64,000 nucleotides of DNA from a virus. The stretch covers positions 64,001-128,000 of IMG/VR virus record IMGVR_UViG_3300042884_001120. The stretch is one strand, 5' to 3'. The notes under the pieces are model-generated. The model had not been told where the DNA came from. It did no database searches and saw only the letters and a list, made by a program, of their open reading frames with translations. The position numbers and the translations under genes are program-made. This document shows positions 38,877 through 48,872 of the stretch, one piece after another (positions within the stretch are counted from its first letter, which is position 1; every line of letters starts with the position of its first letter).

Positions 38877-38911
38877 AAAGAAAAAGCCGCCATTTCTGGC
38901 GGCTTTTCTTT
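38877..38911 (-). terminator. Rho-independent terminator after major capsid gene
   Basis: AAAAGCCGCCA-TTTC-TGGCGGCTTTT with A/T tails on both sides. Confidence 0.9.
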
Positions 38912-38930
38912 GATAGTTGTTTAAGTCTTA

Positions 38931-40040
38931 TTAGACGATTAAACCGCAAACTGCACGAGCGTCAGTTACTACACGGCCCTCTTCAACATAACTGTAGAAG
39001 CCAACCTTCTGACTGCGAGCTAGGAACTGGTCATCAGGAAGAACCTTAACCTGTCCACGTGTCTCACTCTGGATGGAAACTGGGCGTAAGAAAGCGTTAC
39101 GTGTGGAATCCACACCAACGATTACCTGACTTGTGGATCCATTGAAAGTACTTCCACCGTAGGAAGTTCCACCAGCGAAGGCGGCGAATAGATCGTTGTA
39201 CTTACGTCCAACACCTAGTTCTAGTAACTCATGGATTGTAACACCAAAGATCTCACTTGTTCCAGCACTGCGATAGATTTCCTCACGGATACTATCAGGT
39301 AGTGCAATGGCTGTGTTACTCTGTGTGGATCCAGTAGAACCAGTACGAGTATTCATTGGCTGATAAGCAAACCCACGGATCTGCTCCTTGACCTCTGGAC
39401 TTACGAATAAGTCTGTTAGACCACGACTCTGTAGTGCGGAAGGTGTTCCACCAGTGTAGGCGGCATTCAATCTACGAACTAGTGTCCATAGCTTGTTCAT
39501 GTCGTCTAGCTGATATGTACCAGCTGTTCCAGTGCGGATGATGTGCTTCTGGGACTGAGTAGAAGCCTCGGCAAGAGCCTTAAGGACAACTGCCCACGCA
39601 TTACGCTCCTGCTTAACAAGAAGCTCGTTGGCCATACGCTCTAATCCAGCTGCAACAACGTCTAAACGTGCTCTGCGGACATAACGCTTCTCCATGGAGA
39701 TTGCGCTATCTAAGCGATATGTACTAACCTTCATCTCCTGAGTGCCCTGTACGAAGTTAGTTGGTAGGCCACCACCGACTGTCTGACTCCAGACACTAAT
39801 GGTTCCTTCCTGTGCTCCATAGTATAGATCTAGAGGGATTGATGGAGAATCATCTTCATCAAACTCAATATCACGATAAATAGCGCTAGCAGTACCAGTC
39901 TGTAGTAGCACTTGCTGAACTACCTGACTAATGAAAGCTGCGAAAGCTTCCTGAGCCTCTAGGGCTGTTGATTTATTGTCCGAGGCAAGAGCCTTGATTA
40001 GCTCAACCTGTTCTGGATTTTTTTCGAATTGGATTTTCAT
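38931..40040 (-). CDS. Major capsid protein (HK97 fold)
   Basis: 369 aa; follows protease/scaffold and decoration genes; biased codon use; terminator downstream. Confidence 0.85.
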   Translation of the reverse strand: MKIQFEKNPEQVELIKALASDNKSTALEAQEAFAAFISQVVQQVLLQTGTASAIYRDIEFDEDDSPSIPLDLYYGAQEGTISVWSQTVGGGLPTNFVQGTQEMKVSTYRLDSAISMEKRYVRRARLDVVAAGLERMANELLVKQERNAWAVVLKALAEASTQSQKHIIRTGTAGTYQLDDMNKLWTLVRRLNAAYTGGTPSALQSRGLTDLFVSPEVKEQIRGFAYQPMNTRTGSTGSTQSNTAIALPDSIREEIYRSAGTSEIFGVTIHELLELGVGRKYNDLFAAFAGGTSYGGSTFNGSTSQVIVGVDSTRNAFLRPVSIQSETRGQVKVLPDDQFLARSQKVGFYSYVEEGRVVTDARAVCGLIV

Positions 40041-40059
40041 ATTTTTAAATTTTTAGATA

Positions 40060-40596
40060 TTATAGCTCGATTTTTAGAAGAGCGAAACCTTCGTCATTCT
40101 TAGGGCCAAGGAACTTACCTACAGTTGCATTACCATAAGTAACAACCTTGATCTCGCCATTTCCGGAATCGGAAACTGCTGCTCCACTGCCGAAAGCTGG
40201 TGTTCCAACGACGGGGCCAACTAGTACAACACCCTTTGTTAGAATTGGGGCTGCCTGTCCACTAATAATTACGTCCATTTCAGCGGCCTTACGGGGCTTA
40301 AATAGAAGTTTTTCGCCATTTTCATCAACGCTACGAACGTCCTTTAGAAGAAGACCAACAATCTGGCCCTTTGCTGCGCCAGATGGTGCTGGAGAAACTG
40401 TCCAAGGAACTCCTAGGTGGGATGAAACGCTATTTCCAAATACGGAAATGTTATCAACTAAAGTTGAATCTTTGAGGTTAATACCCTGTCCATCGGCTAC
40501 GACGACAGTGCCCTTATCGACACTTGCGCCAGAGACAGCGAATAGGTTAATAACATCGTGTTCACTATAATCACGGAATGGTTTTAAGTTACTCAT
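40060..40596 (-). CDS. Capsid decoration/cement protein
   Basis: Small Gly/Val-rich beta protein between scaffold and MCP. Confidence 0.7.
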   Translation of the reverse strand: MSNLKPFRDYSEHDVINLFAVSGASVDKGTVVVADGQGINLKDSTLVDNISVFGNSVSSHLGVPWTVSPAPSGAAKGQIVGLLLKDVRSVDENGEKLLFKPRKAAEMDVIISGQAAPILTKGVVLVGPVVGTPAFGSGAAVSDSGNGEIKVVTYGNATVGKFLGPKNDEGFALLKIEL

Positions 40597-40627
40597 ATGT
40601 TTTTGTTTAAATTTTTGTTAGATATAA

Positions 40628-42340
40628 TTATCTATTGATCTTTACACTATTTTTATTGAAAGCGGCACTTATTTTTTCAACTAAGCTAATTTCTTGTGTG
40701 CTAGATGTGTTTGGGATGATTTGTTTCTCTTCTTTTACCGAAGAAACAATCTCTTCAACAGACTTCTCTTCTGATGGAGACTCTTCGGTTTCTACAACAA
40801 CAGCTTCTTCAGCGACCTCTTTGGCGGGAGCTTCAACAGCAGCTTCTTCCTCAACGGTACTAGCAACTACTTCTACTGTTTTATTTGTTTTTTTCTTAGC
40901 GGAAGCGATTGTGCTGAATTTGTTATACCACTTCTCGAAAGCCTCGTCATTCTCGATAGCATGTAAATCTTCTGCAATAATTTCACGATCCTCGTTGGAT
41001 AGATTAAACTCTTCATCAACAAGCGACATACGACGCTGGAAAGTTGCTTCAATTTCCTGAGCCTTGATAGCGTCCTGCATGGAATTGAATTCTTCTTTAA
41101 GCTTTTCGCTCTCAGTCTTCATCGCTTCTATCTCGCCCTTAAGCATGTTAACTTTTTCTTCGGCATTAACTAGTGCGTTATCTTTTTCTTCTACTTTGGA
41201 TTGCCAATCTTTTGAAAGGTCAGCAATACTATTAGAAATAAATTCACGAACTGCGCTTGCAGAAACTTCCTTAATGGAATCTTCTGTGATGTCTTCAATC
41301 TTATTAATTTGCATAGTACTTTTTACATCATAATTATCACAAGGGACACTTTTTTTATTAATTTCATTCTCTTGATTTTCATTTTTATTATTAGCGTCTT
41401 CTTCTACTATCTCAATTTCTTGCTTATCATAGGAAATAACTACACCCTTAACTTCCGCTGCCGGGTTGTTAGTGAAGCCTATTCCTAATGGCAATACTGT
41501 TCCTTGTAGATTCAGTAAAAGTAAATTACCGTCCTCATCTGAACCCTTTCCACCAAAGACTCTTAAAGAATCTTTTATTTTTAAAATTTCTTCCTCATCG
41601 TCTATTATATAGGCTTCAGCCAAATTCTTGCTTCCTTTAGCTATATTAAACTCGTTAAAACCAAGCTCCCAACTAGCACTAACCGATAGATAGTCTGTAG
41701 AGCTTGGGTCACTGCTCTTAACAAGTTCTTCCGCAAACTCTGGATTAACAATTTTCCATACATAGCCAGAAAGAACTACGTTGAAAGGTTCTTTACTTGC
41801 AGATACCTGTTCAAGAGTTAATGGATTGCTAGTACCAAATTCACTAAAACCATAACCAGTACAAAAACCTACAACAGTTTTTCTATTATGTTCAATATTA
41901 AAAGGCTTATTAACAAAATTTTCAACCATAGCTAGTGCTACTTCTGTACTAATTATATGACCATTTTTGTTACCACGATTTACAACAAATGCGTCAAAAG
42001 CTACGCCCATTAAGTCTTTATTTATATCCAAATCAACTTTTTGTGGCAGATATGATTTTAATTGATCAATAGATGCTACAGCTAAATACTTATCTTCCTC
42101 AAATGGAACCATTGCCTGTACTATAATGCCATCAAACTTTACTTGGTATTTAAATTTATCCATGTTAAAATTTACACTGTCTGCCTGAATATGCGCAATA
42201 TTTTTTAATTTACGATTTACTAATAATTCATTATTTGCATTATTTGCAAATTCAAATGCACATAAATTAGTTTTACTACCGGGCCTGTATTCTAGATCAG
42301 AATAATCGAAACCTGTTTGCGCTTTTTCTTCTATTATCAT
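40628..42340 (-). CDS. Prohead protease-scaffold fusion (nested starts at 42163 and 41314)
   Basis: NKNG, KPFNIEH, VSASWE, GIGFTNNPA protease motifs; acidic coiled-coil C-terminal scaffold. Confidence 0.85.
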   Translation of the reverse strand: MIIEEKAQTGFDYSDLEYRPGSKTNLCAFEFANNANNELLVNRKLKNIAHIQADSVNFNMDKFKYQVKFDGIIVQAMVPFEEDKYLAVASIDQLKSYLPQKVDLDINKDLMGVAFDAFVVNRGNKNGHIISTEVALAMVENFVNKPFNIEHNRKTVVGFCTGYGFSEFGTSNPLTLEQVSASKEPFNVVLSGYVWKIVNPEFAEELVKSSDPSSTDYLSVSASWELGFNEFNIAKGSKNLAEAYIIDDEEEILKIKDSLRVFGGKGSDEDGNLLLLNLQGTVLPLGIGFTNNPAAEVKGVVISYDKQEIEIVEEDANNKNENQENEINKKSVPCDNYDVKSTMQINKIEDITEDSIKEVSASAVREFISNSIADLSKDWQSKVEEKDNALVNAEEKVNMLKGEIEAMKTESEKLKEEFNSMQDAIKAQEIEATFQRRMSLVDEEFNLSNEDREIIAEDLHAIENDEAFEKWYNKFSTIASAKKKTNKTVEVVASTVEEEAAVEAPAKEVAEEAVVVETEESPSEEKSVEEIVSSVKEEKQIIPNTSSTQEISLVEKISAAFNKNSVKINR

Positions 42341-42376
42341 ATATTTATATTATAAATTTTTACAAATAAAAACAAA

Positions 42377-42991
42377 TTAATTTATACAGGAAAGGATTAA
42401 ATTTGACTCTGCATCGCGTCTTTCCAATAGGCCATCTAGCCCCCTGTCCTTCCATATACGTTTCATTTTTTGAAACTCAAGGGCAATACTTCTATAATCC
42501 TTTTTCGGCACAAGGATTTTTATTTCCCTCATTTCCCTACGACTATCACCAGTTAAGCTAGACCCACGGTTAAAAACTAATGAGACAATTGCACCATACG
42601 CATTATCACATAGCTTATCTAGTTCTGGGAAAGCTCTTTCGGCAAGCTTGGCAAACTTAGGCCAAATAAGATCATTAAAAATATCTACAGCTTGATCCCA
42701 AGTTATAATTATACCACTATTTTTATATTGATTTGTATACTCCTTACCGGCTAGCCCCTTTTTGCCAGACGCGCCTTTAACAATGTCTAATTGCTTTTTA
42801 GGTAAAAAATTAAATATCTTTTCTAGCTCTGCGGGAGTATAGTAACCACAATCCACTCCTATACCAAGCGTCATGCCGCTTGCGCCACCGGGCCACGTTG
42901 GCTTGGCTAAAAACCTATCGTAATACGACTTACCACCCCCTACTTCGTACTTCAATATTAAATCTAGTGCTTTTGGTGAAGGTTTTTTCAT
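42377..42991 (-). CDS. Endolysin (lysozyme fold, pesticin-C-like)
   Basis: KYEVGG...WPGGASGMTLGIGVDCG...AIVSLVFNRG...GLLERRDAE. Confidence 0.85.
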   Translation of the reverse strand: MKKPSPKALDLILKYEVGGGKSYYDRFLAKPTWPGGASGMTLGIGVDCGYYTPAELEKIFNFLPKKQLDIVKGASGKKGLAGKEYTNQYKNSGIIITWDQAVDIFNDLIWPKFAKLAERAFPELDKLCDNAYGAIVSLVFNRGSSLTGDSRREMREIKILVPKKDYRSIALEFQKMKRIWKDRGLDGLLERRDAESNLILSCIN

Positions 42992-43425
42992 ATTAATATC
43001 TCAGAAATATCGTAATCATCTTCTTTTGTATTATGCGTCAGAATAACTTCTTTCTTTTCAACCACAATCTCTCCCCTTACCTCTGCATTAGAAGCACTGT
43101 TATATTTTAAATCAACAACAGCTTCAACACCAAGGTACGAAGCAATGATAATGGCAAATATTTCTATAGTTTTAGAAAATAAGGTAACAAAGGCCGCCAC
43201 ATGTTCAGGCATTCTTATTGCAAGAAGTATTGCAACACTAGAATAATATAAAGCAGCTAACATTAATATTGAGGTAAATATAACAAAGAATTTTTTTGAA
43301 GAAAGATGGTTAGTCTCTTCCATTTTTTGTTTTAAATAATCAGGAGTATTTGGGGGCACCTTACCATTTTGTAGAAAAGCGCTAGCCGACCTTGCAATAC
43401 CCGTAATATTTTCAAATAAGCGCAT
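42988..43425 (-). CDS. Putative holin
   Basis: SSKKF followed by two TM segments; overlaps the endolysin start. Confidence 0.65.
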   Translation of the reverse strand: MRLFENITGIARSASAFLQNGKVPPNTPDYLKQKMEETNHLSSKKFFVIFTSILMLAALYYSSVAILLAIRMPEHVAAFVTLFSKTIEIFAIIIASYLGVEAVVDLKYNSASNAEVRGEIVVEKKEVILTHNTKEDDYDISEILI

Positions 43426-43426
43426 A

Positions 43427-44011
43427 TTAAAATAATCTAAATCCGCTATTCATTCTAATATAGATATATCCACCAATTGCTGCAATAAGAACTGCAATAA
43501 TAATATTTCTCCAAAGTATAGCTAAGTCTTTCTCTAGCAATTTCTTTTGCATAACATTAAGATCCCTTACCATCTTATTTTGCATTTCCTGTTGCTTTGT
43601 ACGTTCAGCATCAAACTCACTTCTAGCCCTTGTTAAAATTTCATTATCTTTCTTTAATTGAACAGCAATATCTTTATCCTTTAACAGGTTATCATATTCT
43701 GTGGAGTTAACTACTACTACTTTATCACTTTTATACTGCTCTGGAACAATTACAATTCTCTGTTTTGAATCATTTACCTGTATAGGATTTTGATAAATAG
43801 CACTAATTCCAATTCTTTTTTTAGGTGGATTAATTAACTTTACAGTTTCGTTAATATAACTTTCAGCTAAATCAATTCTAGCCAAATCAATAGAATCTTT
43901 GGTAGCATAAACAGATTGGCTTACTGCCTCTGTTTGCTTTTCGGTATAAACTGTACAGCCACTTAGTACAAATATACTTAATATAATTAATATATTAAAT
44001 GCTATTCTCAT
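43427..44011 (-). CDS. Putative unimolecular spanin
   Basis: Lipoprotein signal (LSG/C), coiled coil, C-terminal TM; adjacent to holin and endolysin. Confidence 0.7.
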   Translation of the reverse strand: MRIAFNILIILSIFVLSGCTVYTEKQTEAVSQSVYATKDSIDLARIDLAESYINETVKLINPPKKRIGISAIYQNPIQVNDSKQRIVIVPEQYKSDKVVVVNSTEYDNLLKDKDIAVQLKKDNEILTRARSEFDAERTKQQEMQNKMVRDLNVMQKKLLEKDLAILWRNIIIAVLIAAIGGYIYIRMNSGFRLF

Positions 44012-44044
44012 ATTATGATTTACACATAATATTAATAACTTTAA

Positions 44045-45994
44045 CTATTCTATTTCGCTGTGTAGTAAAAGTATAGCTGTTTTACGATCAACCGAATGTT
44101 TTTGAGATATCTCATCAACCTTAGTCATATTATCCGTAACCTTGACTGGGTTATTGATATAAGACGCGATGCTCTCATTCCATTTATCTGGAGTTTCATT
44201 TGTTGCAATGGTCTCAGCAACTTCTTTAATTATATTTTTTTGCTCTTTAGATAACTTATTTTTCTTATAAGACTTCTTGAGGGAGTCTTCGATACTGGAA
44301 ATAAGTGAATCAAATTTAACTAGATTCTCTGCTAATTTTTTTGCACTTAATTTTGACTGCTGTTTTTCTTCACTGCTTCCGCCAATTTTACCTATTCTGT
44401 TTGTAATTTTAGGCGTACCTGTACCCGCTGGTCTACCGGGCATATTATTGGCTACCTTAGATTTTTTTTCTTCTGGCTTACCACTAGAGCCAGTCTGTTG
44501 CACCTTATTTAGTAGTGGCTGATACAAGCCCTGATCTTGAAGTTCTACAAATTTTTTCTGAGACTCAATGCTCTCTTCGGGTAACGGAAGCCTACCAGTT
44601 TCAATTGCAGTTATTCCTTCCTCTGGAGTTAATGCCCCCAACTCAACAAGTCTTGTATATATACGAGTAAGATTTGCGTCATCTCTAAAATCCGAATCTG
44701 TAAATCTAGCAGTAGGTATAGATTTAAACCCTAATTTTTTACCAATATCTTTCATTTCTGGTACAAGAAATTGATTTAAAAACGCCTCTCTAGCATGTTT
44801 TAATCTGGACAAAAATACTTCTACCTTTGTGCTAGTATTCGAATATTTTTCATCACCAACTAGTACGTTATTTAGTCCGTATCTAATATCTCTATCAACA
44901 ACTTCATATTTTTTAGGATCTAGTATTTGACCAATTTCTGGTATGACAAATTTTATATTAGTAGTATAATCAGTTACTAAAATACGACCCACACTTTCAT
45001 TTTCGAAAATTTTTCTTAAATTTACTATCTGCTCTTTACTTGGCATTCCAACCTCGTCGTTACCCATTGTAACCAATAAGATGGCCTGTTGTACGGTTCG
45101 GCTAATTGCCATGTCAATATTTTTTAATTCCTGTTTCCAGTTAATATCCTCAAGAACGGGGAAACCCATTGGCACACTGAATGGCTCGTAGTCTTGTTTT
45201 TTATAAAAAACCGCCTTCACGCGACTAGGATCTAAATTAAACATTAGAAACTGATTTCCCTGATTCATTTTTCCACCCTGACGTATTTCTCCGAATTCTT
45301 TTATTTTTTGAGCTAATTCCTTATCCTCATCCGTTTGTGGATTAGTCATTACCTGTATTTCAAAATCATTTAATACTTTTACGTAACGCGGACTCACAAA
45401 AGATGCCGAACCAATAGATTGAATATCAGCTGGGTTTAATACTATATATCTTATAGGAATATCCTGATTTTGGGCAGCTAGAATTTCACTGATCTGCATC
45501 ATATCATCTTTACTGAACTCTGCATTTAATTTATACAAAAATACGTTTCCACTACGGAAAAACTCCCTGAAAAACATATCCTGTAATTTCCATAGGTTAA
45601 CTCTTTCACCCCAAGCTTTAAAAAATTTGAGTGATTGCGAGTTTCCACCAGTAAAATATATTGACGAACATGTAAAATCCGTCATTAAGTCAATTGTATT
45701 TCTAAAAATTGAAAAATTATAATAAGCCTTTTGACAAAGAATAATAGCATCACGAATACTTACTGTAGAAGTGTACTTGCCGAGACCACCACCATAAGCG
45801 AATGGTATAACACCACCTTCTATATTTGCATACTTATCAGTACGGGCAATAGTAGATGCCGCGTTTCTGCGAACGGTGGAACCCACTTCACCACGAGAAG
45901 AGGCCGCAATTTCTATATTTTTTTTATTACCATTACTGGAACCCTCGATTATCTGTGGTTCTGGAAAAGATAAATTTTTCGCCTTATTGCTCAT
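44045..45994 (-). CDS. Portal protein
   Basis: Follows TerL; YYNFSIFRNTIDLM, FREFFRSGNVF portal-like motifs. Confidence 0.85.
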   Translation of the reverse strand: MSNKAKNLSFPEPQIIEGSSNGNKKNIEIAASSRGEVGSTVRRNAASTIARTDKYANIEGGVIPFAYGGGLGKYTSTVSIRDAIILCQKAYYNFSIFRNTIDLMTDFTCSSIYFTGGNSQSLKFFKAWGERVNLWKLQDMFFREFFRSGNVFLYKLNAEFSKDDMMQISEILAAQNQDIPIRYIVLNPADIQSIGSASFVSPRYVKVLNDFEIQVMTNPQTDEDKELAQKIKEFGEIRQGGKMNQGNQFLMFNLDPSRVKAVFYKKQDYEPFSVPMGFPVLEDINWKQELKNIDMAISRTVQQAILLVTMGNDEVGMPSKEQIVNLRKIFENESVGRILVTDYTTNIKFVIPEIGQILDPKKYEVVDRDIRYGLNNVLVGDEKYSNTSTKVEVFLSRLKHAREAFLNQFLVPEMKDIGKKLGFKSIPTARFTDSDFRDDANLTRIYTRLVELGALTPEEGITAIETGRLPLPEESIESQKKFVELQDQGLYQPLLNKVQQTGSSGKPEEKKSKVANNMPGRPAGTGTPKITNRIGKIGGSSEEKQQSKLSAKKLAENLVKFDSLISSIEDSLKKSYKKNKLSKEQKNIIKEVAETIATNETPDKWNESIASYINNPVKVTDNMTKVDEISQKHSVDRKTAILLLHSEIE

Positions 45995-46030
45995 ATTTTA
46001 TTATAAAGATTAATTACACCAAAATCTGTT

Positions 46031-47932
46031 TTAAATCAGCACGGCTACAAATTCAGTGTTCTTTTTCTTATTATTTTCTGGAGATATCATATCAAAATAA
46101 CATTTTACAGCCCAATTACCTAACATTAGTGTTGTATAATTATCCTTTCTCGCACGATTAACGCTAGTTGACTTTCTTAAGTGCGAAGGTAGGTCAAAGC
46201 TTTGTGTTCCCCTAGAAGTGGTCGTAACTTCAACATTGGCACACTGGTCTTTTGTATCCTTAACAATAAAGTCTTGCTGTTCTATAAATTCTCTAACTGT
46301 TAATTTTTTTGTTTCATATTCATTATCAGCACGATCTCCAATACCCCTTGGATAAACATAATCCATTGGCAAATTCATAGTAAACATATTTTCTAAAATT
46401 TCAGGGTGATTACTAGCTCTAGATGCAAACCATATTTTTTTATGATCAATACAAGTCTGCAAATAAGAGTTGGCTCTACCTAAAAACGCTGACGTGAAAT
46501 ACTGCTTTACGCAAATCGCCCCAATATCTTTATTATATTGCCTAGCTGCCTCTTTTAACATTTTACTATAATCTTCATTTTCCGCATCGGAATCAAAATC
46601 TATAAACTTAATAGACCTGTTCATGTCTTTAAAATATTGAGAATTATTTACAGCATCAATAAAGGTATCTGCACCAGCATGGTCAATAATCATGAATGTT
46701 ATATTAAAATTCTTAAATATATAATATAAATACTTAATATGATCCTGTAAAGAACTGCCAGCCGCTTGATACCCATGAACAAGTATTCCCTGTTTCTTTT
46801 CCTCGTCTAGCTCAATAACGCTCATTGCAAAATAGTCAGAGCTTCTAGAAGAAGAGAAGTTAGGATCTATAGCAAGTATATACTTTTTATCAGCATCTCC
46901 AATAATTTTTGTAGTTGGATATTCACCATCTGGTATTGTACAGACATGCATTTTCTTTGGCGAAAAATAACTATCACCACCATCAATAAATCTTGCACAA
47001 TATTCTCGAAGGAATGAGTTGTGTGAACTGCCTCCATTTTTGGCTAATTGAATTGCAGCCTGATCTACCATGTGATTAGGTAATGCCTCATAACCTAACT
47101 GTGATATAAAGTACGTACCGGGTAATTCCCCTTCTTTTGCCTCTTGCTCTTCTGGATTTTCAATTAAATTCGCCCATTGCTCGTGTACCCTAAACAAATG
47201 CTCGAAAGTATAGCTAGCAGAACTAAGTGCTAGCATTTGAGAAGTGTTTTCAAAAATTTGTTTATTATCTGGATGCAATAAACCCTTTTTAATAAGTTCT
47301 TCTTCTAACTTTCTAGTTCTAATTCTATCACTAACATCTCTTGGTGAACTCAAGAACGGCATTAGCACGTTATCAATAATATCTGGAGGCAACAATAGAA
47401 ACTCGTCAAGAATAAGAACGTTTGCACGAATACCACGAATCTTTTCGCCAGTAAGCGGGATAGCAGTAATGCTACCACCATTGATTAGCCATTCGTATTG
47501 ATCATTACGTTTCATTTTGTCACCAAAACATTGTCTTGCCAACGATGCCTCTGGACTTGCTAAAAATTTCTCAATTTCATTAAACAGTCTTCTACTTGTA
47601 CGAAAGTTAATTGACGCGATTAATATTTTAGTACCGGGCTCGAAAATGCATTTTAGTACGCAGTAAACAGCTGCACTAAAACTTTTTGCGCAACCACGAC
47701 CCCAAACCAACATGCAATAATTACGATTAAAAAATGATTTTATCGTTAATTCCTGATAGGACTCTAAAGTAATGCCAAGTGCTAACTCAGTGGTAAAGCC
47801 CAAGTTATGGCGCATGAATTTAGCCAGTGACCGTCTAGCGTCTTCATCACTAAGCTCACCAGTAAGTTTTAATAACTCCTCGTTAACGTTAGTGGGATTT
47901 TTACTGCGTTGACTTCCTACTATTAAGCTCAT
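46031..47932 (-). CDS. terL: Terminase large subunit
   Basis: Walker A GRGCAKS, Walker B RGIRANVLILDE, LSSA coupling motif, nuclease AIDP...SDY...KD. Confidence 0.93.
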   Translation of the reverse strand: MSLIVGSQRSKNPTNVNEELLKLTGELSDEDARRSLAKFMRHNLGFTTELALGITLESYQELTIKSFFNRNYCMLVWGRGCAKSFSAAVYCVLKCIFEPGTKILIASINFRTSRRLFNEIEKFLASPEASLARQCFGDKMKRNDQYEWLINGGSITAIPLTGEKIRGIRANVLILDEFLLLPPDIIDNVLMPFLSSPRDVSDRIRTRKLEEELIKKGLLHPDNKQIFENTSQMLALSSASYTFEHLFRVHEQWANLIENPEEQEAKEGELPGTYFISQLGYEALPNHMVDQAAIQLAKNGGSSHNSFLREYCARFIDGGDSYFSPKKMHVCTIPDGEYPTTKIIGDADKKYILAIDPNFSSSRSSDYFAMSVIELDEEKKQGILVHGYQAAGSSLQDHIKYLYYIFKNFNITFMIIDHAGADTFIDAVNNSQYFKDMNRSIKFIDFDSDAENEDYSKMLKEAARQYNKDIGAICVKQYFTSAFLGRANSYLQTCIDHKKIWFASRASNHPEILENMFTMNLPMDYVYPRGIGDRADNEYETKKLTVREFIEQQDFIVKDTKDQCANVEVTTTSRGTQSFDLPSHLRKSTSVNRARKDNYTTLMLGNWAVKCYFDMISPENNKKKNTEFVAVLI

Positions 47933-48867
47933 AGCTTTACCTCGTTATCAAATAGATATTGTAAATCAGTAGTTTTAGCTTTTTCTTTCATATCTAAAAT
48001 GTATAATACTTTTTTTGTTAAATCTGCCCTGCCATCACAAAAGACAAACTGAACATTATCAAATTGTCTACATATTTTTCTCATATGGTGCATTATATAG
48101 TCACCACTGCACATTCCGAAAGTTCTTTTGCAATAAAGCGCAGTATTTAGAGGTGATTCAATTAAAACTACTATATAAATCCCAAGTTTTTTAGCTCTTT
48201 CTATTTCCCTAACAAACCTATCAAACCCACCACTTAATGTAGAGAAGAAGTCACTTATACTTTTTCTCTCTATAACTAAACTATCATCTTTATGTACAGC
48301 GTAATCCCCACATTCTAATTTGGAAGAAATTATTTTTAAATCATTAAACTGTAAGGGTTTTTGCTCTCTAGTATCTACAACCATTTGATCTAATGATATG
48401 TTATTTAAGTCTTTTATAGTATGTTTTTCTTTATAATTAAAATTACATTTTAATTTCAATGAACTAGCTATGTCACAAAAAGATTTTCCACAAAACTCAT
48501 GAAATGTTTCAATAGATGGCAAACAAGCTATTGTTTTTATTTGCGACTGACTTGGAATACAGTCTAATCCCTTAACTAAACAATAATCAGTAAGTTTAGA
48601 TATTAAATAATTGCACGAAGATTCTAAATCAGACTCTTTTAGCCATTTTTTTAAATTTCTTTTATTGATAAAATCATTTAAATAGTATTGTTCAAAGGAT
48701 TTATATTCTATTTTTTGCGCATCAAGGAAATCTGATTTTGGGTAGTACTGTGTAAAGTATTTTTTTGCAGTAATTTTGTGTATTTTTACGTGCTTTACAA
48801 TTTCATCCCCATTTTCAAAATTCTTATTGCAAATTTTGCACTGTAAGTATATAGAATATTTATTCAT
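47929..48867 (-). CDS. C2H2 zinc finger + ERCC4 (XPF/Mus81-type) nuclease
   Basis: CKIC...HVKIH; VDTREQ...GDY...IERKSISDF. Confidence 0.88.
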   Translation of the reverse strand: MNKYSIYLQCKICNKNFENGDEIVKHVKIHKITAKKYFTQYYPKSDFLDAQKIEYKSFEQYYLNDFINKRNLKKWLKESDLESSCNYLISKLTDYCLVKGLDCIPSQSQIKTIACLPSIETFHEFCGKSFCDIASSLKLKCNFNYKEKHTIKDLNNISLDQMVVDTREQKPLQFNDLKIISSKLECGDYAVHKDDSLVIERKSISDFFSTLSGGFDRFVREIERAKKLGIYIVVLIESPLNTALYCKRTFGMCSGDYIMHHMRKICRQFDNVQFVFCDGRADLTKKVLYILDMKEKAKTTDLQYLFDNEVKL

Positions 48868-48872
48868 AATTG

